DNA from: Paraspadella gotoi
Lineage: Eukaryota > Animalia > Chaetognatha
Assembly (NCBI GenBank): GCA_051294375.1
Contig: JBJCIZ010001639.1
Span: 1 to 15,118, forward strand
Direction of reading: 5' to 3'
Length of the DNA stretch: 15,118 bases
The translations under genes and the position numbers were made by a program. Within the stretch, counting starts at the first letter, position 1. Each line of letters opens with the position of its first letter. Under the pieces are notes generated by a model, which was not told the origin of the DNA, searched no databases, and saw nothing but the letters and a program-made list of their open reading frames with translations. Shown piece after piece: positions 1 to 10,056 of this stretch.

Positions 1-44
1 TATTTAATGATATTAAGTAAAATGGACCTACCTATATTTTTCAG

Positions 45-189
45 CGCTCGGTATTTCTACATCGCCCTGTTGACAGGGGACATATGCCGACATGCGTGAA
101 GACTATTACAGCATACTTCTCAATGTAGCACTAGATTAGTCAGGCGATCGGCTCCATTGAGGCACACACAGGTGCCAGACCCTTTCTGT
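45..189 (+). CDS. Candidate exon of a C2H2 zinc-finger gene (degenerate or error-ridden)
   Basis: Acceptor TATATTTTTCAG (AG 43-44). Ends in-frame with HTGARPFL-C (165-191), a Kruppel-type linker, split at T|GTAAGA. A C..C.KT-like segment lies upstream. Two in-frame TAGs as read. Confidence 0.4.
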
Positions 190-2705
190 GTAAGATTTAT
201 TTAATTAAGTAATAATAAAAATATGCTAAACAAGCTATTACATACAATACTATTTAAGTCATGTTCCTAAATACGGCAGTCGGAATAATTTAAAAGATCG
301 GATAAAAAATCTTAATCATTGTTTTGAAATAATAAATTTTTTTTTATTTTACAACAACCCAAAATGCTTCTTACAAACAGATTTTTATTATATTATATTA
401 ATATTGGTCACAAAGGACCAGATATACAAACTTTTTTTATTTTCGCGTATAAAAAACGTGAAAAAACACGAAGTTTAGTAAACAACATCATCGTGTGAAA
501 ACTTTCACTACAATTACTGCTAAAAAGGCAATTGGTGCTGGGTATAACATTTATCGCAACATTTCAAGTTAGGAATCGTATGATTAACTGCCCATAATTA
601 AGGAAACATGAAGTCGTAGTGAATTTTAAAATTTAGCTATCCAATATATTAACGTCAAAGAAAGAAATTGGTCTTTTTTTATCCAGTAAAAAAAACAAAA
701 CAAGTTAAACGACGCGACTGGTATATTAACCCTTGAATGATACAAAATTAATTTACAAATCAGAGATGAGTATTTTCTAACAAATTTTCTATTTACACCT
801 TCTTCTTCAATTATTTAATTTAATATCTAGCTTCTAGCAGCAAAATAAAAACTCGATCTGATTTTTAAAAATAACTAATAAATCTAAAAAAACTCACAAG
901 GATATCATGAAATATTAGGATAAAAAAAATTAGCAATTCCAATCTTCGTCAATCCGTATACTTATTAATAACAGCATTTCTAGTTTCATTCACAAATAAA
1001 GTTAAAAAAACGTGATATTTTTTCTATAAGTAACCTAAATGGTTAACTTAAATTATTAACCAATACAGTATTTAACACGAATTTTCTGAAAGCCAATCCC
1101 ATTTTAAATAAAATTGAACGGTTTATTTTAAATATTGCGGCAGCACAAAACAAGAACAACTATCGTTATGTCGTTTAGTGGAAATGGCTTTTATTCACAT
1201 TTAATTAAGAAACATGAGACAAGGATAGCGCAAATTCTGCGAGCGAAAAAAAAAGCAAGCCTATGCTAAAATTACGGAGTTTGTTTTTAATCACGCGTCA
1301 CTCCCCGCATATTTTGACCTCAAAGTAAAACTTTGAGATAAATTCCAATTCAGACTAATAATATAAACAACGATAATATACCGGATCGCTATTGAGGATT
1401 CCGTTGCAACTATACATAACATCATTGATATATTTCTAAAGAGAGACAAAACAAATTATACAGTCACTTGCAATGCGAGTTCTAATTTTTAATTTTAAAA
1501 TATTCTAATATTCACAAAAACTTATATCCACTATCCATTGCGAAGTGTAGTTAAGTATAGAGAGTATGTCAAATGAGCTTATATCAGAGAAAAGTATATC
1601 ATAAGCATAATGGAATCTGTGAGACAAACATTTTTTTAACAATAAAAAATTAAATCATATAAAATAAATAAATTCATCCCGTAACTCAAAAAAGTTCTTT
1701 TTTATTTTATTTTTTCAATCTGCCAAATTATAACAGTATTTCTCTATTTTTCAAATTTTATTCCGAAAAATTTCATCTCGTTAGTATTCTCAGCCATTTG
1801 CGCAAACTTTATATTTTTAACCATTATTCTATCAACTTTCATGCTTGTTTTTGAAAAAGAAAAAAAAAACTTTGATCGAGTGTGTCACCGCACGAGAGTG
1901 ACATAATTACTAGCGTTAACATACGAAATTTGAGTTATTTCTGGGCAAAACTTTAGCTCTCTACGGATGTGAATGGCCCCCATACTTTTGAAAGATAAAT
2001 CTCCTGGCCGATGACAACGAGGATAGGCACTGAGCACACAATTTTGTCAAATTAATTCTCAGATACAAAATGTAAGTTTAAATTTTTCTTATTACTTCTA
2101 CTACATAGCATTTAGTTAAAAAATCCCATCTCTTCGTAATATTCGTCTGTTAAAAAAAACTGTTTGGACGGGGCATTATTGGGATACAAAAAAAAATGTC
2201 CAATATTTTTTAAAGGTAAATTATTTAAACCTACTACCAAAAATCATAGAGAAACAAGAAAAAGACAGACGCACGAACACACATTTCGGAATCCTTTCGA
2301 GAGTCGTTTTATATTTTTTGTTTTCATTGGGCATTTGCTTTGAACTGTATTTTTTTTTTTTTTTAATTTTTTCTTCGTTCGTTAAAATTTGATATTAATA
2401 TTTGTCATTTTGTTTACGAAACTGATATTTGGCGAGCAAGCTATGTTTTCATATCGATATGACTAAATAAAAAAAGAAAAGATATCTCCTGAATCTTCAA
2501 CCGATTACGATAGAGGGAAAAAAAAAAAAAGCCTAAGGCTGTTGAAAAAAAAAAGGCCGTCGCTTAACAGCTTAATGCTGGTTTTCGATCTATCTTAAAT
2601 TCAATCAAGCTCGTCATTTTTTTTTTTTTTTAAATGGTTCTTTTTGTTAACTACTACGAGAAAAAATTCATTAAAACGAAATTCTTTTCCCTGTGGTGAC
2701 GGTAG

Positions 2706-2810
2706 GTCAAAATATCCCCAAGCTTGTAACAAGAGCTTTAGCGACTTTTACGGGCGCAGGGCATTGACGGCACACGTCGATAGGGATTTGGGACCCGGGG
2801 CGAACTGGGG
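2706..2810 (+). CDS. Candidate C2H2 zinc-finger exon
   Basis: TAG|GT can complete a split Cys codon. ORF 2644..2913 contains KYPQACNKSFS...ALTAHV, which fits C-x4-C-x-K-S-F...L..H. It is a GC-rich island in AT-rich flanks. The end is uncertain. Confidence 0.38.
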
Positions 2811-4164
2811 TGGGGCGCGAGACCAACTTTATTTTATTGAAAATGAGAAGAGGAAATACGCTACTGCGTTTTCAATGTGCATCTCGAAAGAAAAGCCCCA
2901 GAGTGAGATTTGACAAGAAAATCTGGGTCACTGGAAAAGACGTTTTTCATCGCAAACAAACTTTTTGCGTTTTTTTTTCTCCGCGTCGGTGAAGAAAATC
3001 GAAATTGGGAGGGAAAAACGCATGTGAAATTTAGGTGGCAAAAATAATATATTAATTCACTAACAAGGAGGGAGGCAGGGGAAATGATTTAATATCACGT
3101 GAGTGGATTGAAAAATATAATAATATTGGGTAATACTGTCCATTTTATTTTTTTGTTTTCTTCTTCTCTCTTAAACAAAAGTCAACAAAACTTAAATCCC
3201 CTATAAACTTAACGCCACTATTCGTATTTTTCATTTCCATTATTTGGTATTCATCTTGTACACTAAAACGGGGTTAAGATTATTAATGAAATGGATAATT
3301 ATAAATAATCGTTCTAATTTAAAGTAGCGGTTTTTTTTATAATTCCTTTTCCATTCATCCGCTATTTCTTTTCCTTCAATCGCAATTTTCTTTAGTTGGT
3401 TTGCCGCAGGTTGACATTGCTGCTAGCATAGTAAATACATAGTTTATCTATCTCATTAAGATTGCACATTAGAAGAGAGAGGCTTACCGAGGACAGTCGC
3501 TCTTGATATTGGAACGGACAATTAAGAATGCCCCCAATTTTTTGGAACAGAGAAAATTTTACGAACGATGAGAGTCAAGGTTGTTTTCATTTTTTCATTC
3601 TAACTATTACGAAAACTGATCTGTTCTTGTCGTCATTGTCTGGACGCGGCGTTGTTCATTTCTTTGTTGTGGCTGAATTCGTTAATCTTTTTGGTTTTTG
3701 TCATCACCGTCATTAAATTCCGTACTCCTCCACAACGATTATATCATTTGTTTTGCATTTGCCTTATAAATTAAATCATTATGTACAGACTTATTCATTT
3801 ATCCTCATTTTTGACTTTTTGTTGTTTTGGTCATTTTTTGTCTTTGCGTTCATTGAGTCATTTGTAGTCGAAGGTTCATTCCGTCGTTGCCTTTCACTGG
3901 TTACTTTTATCATTTACAGCCTTTGTCACTCCTATCATCATCATTTATCATTCTTCTTCCATACCACATTTTTCCTCATTGTCTTATTAATACTTTTGAT
4001 GTCGCTTTCATCCAATCGTCGTTATCAGTCAATATTTGTCACATCTTAACAATAACAAATCGGGTCTTTCTGTTTTTTCTGTCGTGTTAAAATTCATCGT
4101 ATTTCTTCTCCGGGTCATTGTCTTGTCTTTGTCATCGTCCGCTGAGATCACCATGCGTCGTCAA

Positions 4165-4774
4165 TCATCGTCGTCCTGACGAGTGGCGGCACGCCGAAGA
4201 GCGTCCCCTCGCCTCGGATCGTTTCCCGTTGACGCGCGGCGTCGAGGGATTTTTCCCCGCGATCCCCGATGAGCGTTTCCGCCAGTTGGTCCCGCTGTTG
4301 TCTGCAGAAGTGCAGCAACTGCCCGTTGCCTGGCGCTGTGCGTTGGCAGTTGACTTGTAAAAATTGTTTTCTGACCGATCGTTGCCGGGAGATTCCGCCG
4401 GACGCCTCCGCCGACGCTGTGCCGGCATTGGTGATGCGTCAGCAGATTGCGGCACGCCCGCCGACGAGGATCGTGAGGGGAGCAGCCGACGTTGGGGAAG
4501 GTTGCGTTGCTTCAGGAGCTGCGCGCCGGTTGCTGCCAGCGACGGCTTGTTAGATGCCTGCCCGTTTCAATGGACTGGCCTGGGCTGCTGCTGCTGCTTG
4601 CGCCGGCTCCGTAGGGCCGCGATTGTGTTCGACAAGGAGGTGAGTAAGATTTTGGTTCGGTTGAAGATTTCGGGTGAAGAAGGACGCACAGTTGCCGGAG
4701 GTTTTATTTTTTTTAGCATCTGAGCTGAGGAAGGACATTCGGTTCCACGAGCGGACAGGCACCGATCCAGGAAA
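4165..4774 (-). CDS. CDK5R1: p35 coding exon 7: end of the cyclin fold (to ~4650) plus a putative low-complexity C-terminal extension
   Basis: Acceptor AACAG|TTTC. Corrected reading FWDRCLSLVNRMS..ML.IN....FFTEIFTELKSY. GC-rich sequence continues, with one frame open from about 4560 to a TGA at 4165. The true stop is uncertain. Confidence 0.75.
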
Positions 4775-7700
4775 CTGTTTTGGCGGGCGGTTGGGATGGG
4801 GCGGCGGGGCAGACTCGTTAATCATGAGATGTAATCGCGTTAATAATAAAACAACCACAATTTAACAAAAATCAATATTCGGAAGTAAATAAAAAGTGTC
4901 ACAAAAGTTAAATTTTTTTTTTGTTCTGCGTTTGAGTATTGTCATATTTATTTTTTTTTAACAAATAATCCTACTCCATAGAAACCGTCTTCTGTTTCTT
5001 TTCTATAATATAATTCTTCTTCGTACAAATATGCCAATTTTCGGCCTTATTTTTCTTTGAAAAAAACCTCTCAGCTAATAGCCCAGACTTGACCCAATGG
5101 GTCGAGAAAACAAATTTTTGTTTATTAATAAAAAAGTTTATCTATCAACCTCGAGCCTAAACTTCTTTGGTAGTCGAAATAATATATTCCCTGCAAAAGC
5201 TTTTAAAAAATACTGCAATATACTAATATTAAATGCTCTCTTAAAAAGTTTTTATACAAAAATTTAGACGATGTATAATTGTATATTAATCAACCCATCC
5301 AGTCCACTCTGCATCAGCGCATAACAAAATATAGGCAAAGACCAAATTCAATAAAGTAAGCCGTCAGTATTTCGAAGATTTACAGTAAATCCGTTTCATC
5401 ATCGCTCGCTTTCGCTGAGAATGAGAATTTTTTCCAAAAATTCCCTTGCCAAAATTCCAAGGAACTTTACCTTTCCCGATCCTGCCTCAACGAGGATGGA
5501 CTTCAACCGCGGTAGGGAGATCTCGTTCCCCATGTAGGAGTAACTCATGGTTAGAGACAAGTGATGGACGATCGCTTGGAAGTTCGTGTTCCGCTGCTCC
5601 ACCTCTTCGTCCACGCAAGTCCCCGCGACACATTTTCGTATAGACAAAGACGACGTTGGCCGGTGTTGATGAACGCGATGTGGTCCTTGAGGGGGGGGTA
5701 GGGGCGAAGGCGAGAAGGAGAAATTGAAGACGGGCGAATCGTGGGCGGGGTGGAGCTGGGAGAAAGGTTTTCTTTAGAGAAAAAGGACAGTTGAGGATAT
5801 TCGAATCAGTCAATTTGGAGGGAGGCGATAATAAGGGGGGAGAGCGGTGAATGATTTCTTTGAAAAAAGGGGGTAAACGTGGTGGGCGGTCAGGTGGACA
5901 AATAGGGACTGAAATTGTTTGTAAAGAAGATTGCAATGCGGGACGGGGGAAAACAAGAAGACAAAAAAGCCGGGGAAGAAAATTTCGTAGGCGGCAAAGA
6001 AAGTAACAATAACACAAAAAAGGAAGCTAAGCGAAAAATTTTTAAAAAAATGGAGTGACAGTATTGGGAATCAAAAAAGCCGCCAAACAGGCAGCAAAGA
6101 GAGCGGCGTCAGCTGTCAGCACGCATAACCAGCGCGTGAAGCGTTTTAAAGTGGCCACAATGTCCTTACCTGCCAGCCTTTGTCAGCCAATAGAACTCCT
6201 GTCTACAGGTTTCTCATTCCACACATTACAGCATCTGCCTGGGGTCATGAAGTTCCTTAAACCTCTGGAAAACACGAACGCAGCGACGAGAAAGAGAGAG
6301 AAAGAGATCGTTACCCTTGGCCAGGAGAGGGTCCGTGCCCGGAGAGGACGAGAGGGAGTGCCGAGAGAGGTAGAGAAGGAGAGAAGAGAAGAGAGAGAAG
6401 AGAGATGAGAGAGGATGAGAGACCAGAGAGAGACTCAGTGCGGCGCCGTATGAGAACGGAGTCGAGAGGAGAGAGAGAGAGATTAGATAAAAATAATCAC
6501 GTTGTGTTAATCTTTGCCAAAAATTTATATCCTCGAATTGTAATAATAAAATTGCGTATATAAAAATTTATATAATTAAAATAATATATAAAAATTCCTA
6601 GGATTTGAGGATGATATTCTGATACATATCAATCTGGATCAACCTGGCGACACGTCAGCGGTGCAGCTAAGAAACTCCTCCGGACAGGACTGAGCAATTC
6701 CGATGCTGGAGTTTGAATGACCGTCTTCTTGGCGAGATTTTCGAAAAACTAGACAACGCCATGACGCTTCTCTTCCCTTTACGATCTATTCGCCTCTCTT
6801 CTCAGCAGATTGTTGGTGGATTGCGTGGTTGTTGCCTGTTTGCCCAACGCCGCCGAATCTGTGGTTCACAAAGGTCTGGGGCGACTGGAAATCTTATCTT
6901 ATCTCATCTCATCTCATCTGTGGGTCAAAGGTGGGGAGATTGGAATCTCATCTCATCTCATCTTCATCTCTCATCTATGGGCAAAAGGTGGGAATTGCGC
7001 AATCTTCATCTCATATCATCTTATGTAACCTCATATCATGTCATCAATATTTACGAATTAGCATATAATAGTAGTTTCAAGAATGCTGACTTAATATCTA
7101 CTCACGAAATCTAACAGGAAAAAATAATTCAGTCGTCCTAGCCCATTCAGGATCTTTACAATCGCTGTCCACCCAGCACCCCACACGTGCACAGTGCACA
7201 GTACCAATCCCCCCCCCCTCGTCGCCATACCCCGCCACATCCGAAACCCTCTCCCACTCCCCCCCAAAAAAAATCCCCCGGCCCCCCTCCACAAAAACAA
7301 AAAACATCAAACAACCTTTAAACTCTGGATCGACGACCGGCGCTCCCGACGCCCCTGGTTGAGGTTGAGCGCAAACCTGACGCGACTTTTGAAGCCGACG
7401 ACGGCGGGCCACTCGCCGCGGTCCGGCCCGCCGTGGACGTTGTTGTCCGCTTGAGGGGAAAGAGTTTGGTTGAAGACTTCTCCTGTCTTCTTGAGAGAAG
7501 CGACCGGAGGGCGGATCATCTCATTCCAGACCTTGAGGGCGCTTGATGAAGATGGACAGGTCTCTTCAAGGAGGCCTTCTCCTTCTCGCCCGTCATTGGC
7601 TGGAGAGGGGAGAGAAGGGTGCTGAGAGGGTATGGATGAGTGCGGGAGGTGGGCTGGGGAGACGAGAGAGAAAATGGAGAAGAGAAGAGAGGGAACGCTT

Positions 7701-9188
7701 AAAGAAGGGGAGAAACAGGACGTACACGAAGCGCAGCCGAGGAAAGCGTAGAAGGGTAACAAGGAAGATGAAAAGAGTGGGTAAAGAAAAGACTGAGAGA
7801 GGAGGAGAAAAGACCGAGAGAGAGCCGAGAGAGACCGATCGAGATGTGAGATGAGGACGAGGATGAGGAGAGACGATCGAACGACTTCTGAGAAGAGGAG
7901 AGAGAGACGACATGAGAGAATAAGAGCGCAGAATACGAGGGAGTAGATGAGAGAGGGAGGAAAATGATAGAAAGGTAAAGAGAAGGAAATGGAAAGAACT
8001 GTAAAAAAGAGAGGAAAAGGAAAAGAAAGAAAGGTTAAGGAAAAAAAAGAGGAGAAAGAAAAGGGAAAAAAGAAATCATGTGGGATGAAGGGTCGGGGTG
8101 AAAAGGGCAAATTTAATAAATCATTTTCAAAAAAGCTCTTCTCTCCCCCCATGCACATCACGTTAAATCAAAAGTCGATTTGCCAAAACAATTAAAGCTC
8201 AGTTCTAAAATGTATTATAATATAATACGTAAACTAAATATTTAATGAATTTATCACCAATTAAATCAATTATCGTTCATTACTTGGTTACTGATTTGCG
8301 CTGCAGAGTGTTCTTTTGCATGGCCAGCGTAGCGTCCCGAGTTGCGCGGCTGTTGTGCTGCACCACCCATGTTGGCAGCTAGTTTTCTGATAGCTGATCA
8401 GTTGCTTGGGTAGTTGACTTAGAATTGTTCCTGTTGAAAACGGTGAGGAGGAGACTGAAGAGGAGAGAGACGGAGATAGACGCGTGAGAAAGAGGCGGGA
8501 GGGAGGGGGGAGTGAGAGAGCAGAGGAAGATAGAGACGAGAGACGATGATTGAATGAGAGAGAGGAGGAGGAGGAGAGAGTGATGACGAAAGAGGCAGGA
8601 GTACGAGAGAAGAGAGGAACGAGAGTACGTAGAAAGTCAAATTTAGGGGAAAAATTGGAATTATTTCTTCTGGCAAGTCTCTCATATTTAGGCTGTTACC
8701 AAAGAATCAGCGGAGAGAACGACGACTCACGACCCGACCGACGACGAGACGACATGACGACCGCATAACAAAAAAAAAAACCGACCTCAGAAATGCTGCC
8801 CTACTCGGGGCGAAATACGCGGGTTCAAAAAAAAATCGGCGAAAATTGGAGCAGGGAGAAAGAGAAAAAAAAAGCGGTCAACCTGGGACTCAACGCTGAG
8901 AACGCTCGACTTTTTGACGTTTATTACTATCACTATCTTTAAATAACTCTAGGTTTTTTACGCCGCACCTTGAGAGCCCACGTCCCCCTTTCAAACCCCA
9001 CCCCCTCCTTTCCCGTGTCTTCGTTCTGGGGCTTATCGAAAGTGTTTTTTTTTTCTCCCTTTTCCGTTATGAATTACTTTTCTCCTTCATCCATCGGTCT
9101 TCTCAGTCTTGAGTCTCTTCAGTCTGAGTCTCTTTCATTCAAGTCTCTTCACTCTTCTGTGTCTGTGAGTGCTGTTTTCTTTTTCTCC

Positions 9189-9235
<47 letters not shown>

Positions 9236-10056
9236 GCGTTTTTCTCTCTTAAAAAAACTTTCCTCGATCACAAAATCCTTTTTTTCTTCTTTTTTTCTTC
9301 TTTTGTCTTCATCCGGTTTTTCTTTTTTCGCTGCGCCGACTCTTTTTGTTTTTCTCATTCTTTTTCTCTTTTCTCTTCCGAGTTACGCCGAAGTAACTTT
9401 TTCGGTCGGTCGGTCCTTCCGATGGTATATATGCTAGTTTTTTTTTGTTTTTTTTTTTATCTAACTATCCGTTTCTTTACCTTAATTAATTAATTAATTA
9501 ATTAGTTAATTACGTAATTAGTTTTAATTCATAGGAAGATAAGTTAATAAGTATGTTTGCAACAAAAATATTTCAAGCTTAATTATTCAGTTTATCATCT
9601 ATAAATACTATCATATATTCTCTCAATTTCGTTCACTTTTTGTTTATTTAGTTTTTTCTTATCACATCGGATTAAATATAAAAACTTTTGCTTTTTTTCC
9701 CTTTGTTTTCCTTTGTTTTTTTTTTTTTTCCTTTTTCTTTTTCGTTCAATTATACAGACTTTTGTTTATCTTTTCGTTTGTTATCCTTTGTTTCCTATTT
9801 CTTTTAAATACATAGACTTTTGTTTATCATTTTCTTTGTTATCCTTTTCATTTAAACATACAAAGTTAGTTTTTAGTTTTTCAAACCCCTATCTCCGCTC
9901 TATTAGAGGAGCCCCCTTTCCCTCCATCACCCCAAACCTGCTGTTGTTGACGGCCTCGTATCCGTAGCCCTGGCTGTTGACGAACGACTCCGGGAGGTTG
10001 GTCTCGTCGAATAGCGGCTTCCGAGGACGCGGCGAAAAACTCAAAACGGTTCCCAT
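4165..10056 (-). CDS. CDK5R1: Cdk5 activator p35-family gene (CDK5R1/Cdk5alpha/cdka-1 homolog), 7 coding exons; frames broken by many indels that look like sequencing errors
   Basis: Manual minus-strand translation with indel correction gives p35 hallmark motifs in the correct order across 7 segments, each with an AG acceptor and/or GT donor: MGTVLSFSP; LKR.SIFI..L..W; KS.SC.NL; KKTVIQ...SELL; [42 protein letters not shown]..ML.IN....FFTEIFTELK. These match human p35 as I recall it (MGTVLSLSP...PANVVFLY...[19 protein letters not shown]...FWDRCLS). The 3' end (4165) is uncertain. Confidence 0.93.
5471..5685 (-). CDS. CDK5R1: p35 coding exon 6 (most conserved core)
   Basis: Acceptor CCCCTCAAG|GAC. 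Corrected reading D.[59 protein letters not shown]; pieces are visible in ORFs 5487..6017 (PANVVFVY) and 5399..5647 ([10 protein letters not shown]). Donor AAG|GTAAAG. Confidence 0.92.
6170..6264 (-). CDS. CDK5R1: p35 coding exon 5
   Basis: Acceptor GTTTTCCAG (an alternative AG lies 2 nt further on). With indels it reads RLRNF..P.[16 protein letters not shown] (p35 LWLRSVDRSLLLQGWQ). Strong donor CAG|GTAAGG. Confidence 0.85.
6644..6858 (-). CDS. CDK5R1: p35 coding exon 4 (start of the p25/cyclin-fold activation domain)
   Basis: Acceptor CCACAG|AT completes an Asp codon. Reads DSAALGKQATTTQSTNNLLRR..., then KKTVIQTPASELL..C.GEFL (p35 [20 protein letters not shown]). Donor CAG|GTTGAT. Confidence 0.82.
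6857..7020. repeat. Three-copy ~57-59 bp minisatellite with internal (ATCTC)n, overlapping the exon 4 acceptor
   Basis: Units start at 6857 (atctgtggttcacaaaggtctgggg...), 6916 (atctgtgggtcaaaggtgggg...) and 6973 (atctatgggcaaaaggtggg...), each followed by atctc repeats. Confidence 0.85.
7316..7599 (-). CDS. CDK5R1: p35 coding exon 3
   Basis: Acceptor CCCCTCTCCAG|CCA. Reads PMTGEKEKASLKR, then with indels SIFI.AL..W (p35 LKRHSII..LPWK) and LQKS.SC.NL (p35 KKSLSCANL). Ends VVDPEFK G|GTTGTT (phase 1). Confidence 0.8.
8284..8430 (-). CDS. CDK5R1: p35 coding exon 2 (poorly conserved p10-region insert)
   Basis: Polypyrimidine tract plus TTTTCAACAG|G acceptor fits phase 2. Reads (R)NNSKSTTQATDQLSE-, then after one indel KLAANMGGAAQQPRNSGRYAGHAKEHSAAQISNQ. 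Donor CAA|GTAATG (phase 0) fits exon 3. It is a GC-richer island between AT/AG-rich flanks. Confidence 0.7.
9192..9233. repeat. (CT)n microsatellite in intron 1
   Basis: Perfect dinucleotide run. Confidence 0.95.
9482..9521. repeat. (TTAA)n self-complementary microsatellite in intron 1
   Basis: ttaattaattaattaattaattagttaattacgtaattag. Confidence 0.85.
9938..10056 (-). CDS. CDK5R1: p35 coding exon 1 (N-myristoylated N-terminus)
   Basis: CGCCATGG Kozak context. Clean 119-nt frame MGTVLSFSPRPRKPLFDETNLPESFVNSQGYGYEAVNNS+AG, then donor AG|GTTTGG (phase 2). Gly2 and Ser8-Pro9 are placed as in p35. Confidence 0.92.

Noticed and set aside
200-1950. Possible transposon remnants in the AT-rich region
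   Set aside because: I could not recognise terminal repeats, target duplications or transposase/RT motifs by eye; a repeat library search would be needed.
4118-4865. Plus-strand ORFs over the GC-rich region
   Set aside because: They are antisense shadows of p35 exon 7, with no recognisable motifs.
5290-5470. Apparent continuation of exon 6 (GKVKFLGILAREFLEKILILSE) as the p35 C-terminus
   Set aside because: A good donor at 5470 and a much better FWDRCLS...FTELK match at 4774-4650 show that this stretch is intron.
6857-7020. Repeat-spacer-like pattern resembling CRISPR (also the 22-bp repeat at 10109-10197)
   Set aside because: The units are contiguous tandem copies without unique spacers, the context is eukaryotic intron/UTR, and there are no cas genes.
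4650-8430. Programmed frameshifting or insertion/deletion RNA editing as the cause of the broken frames
   Set aside because: No such dense system is known for metazoan nuclear genes, and the indel pattern matches long-read error.
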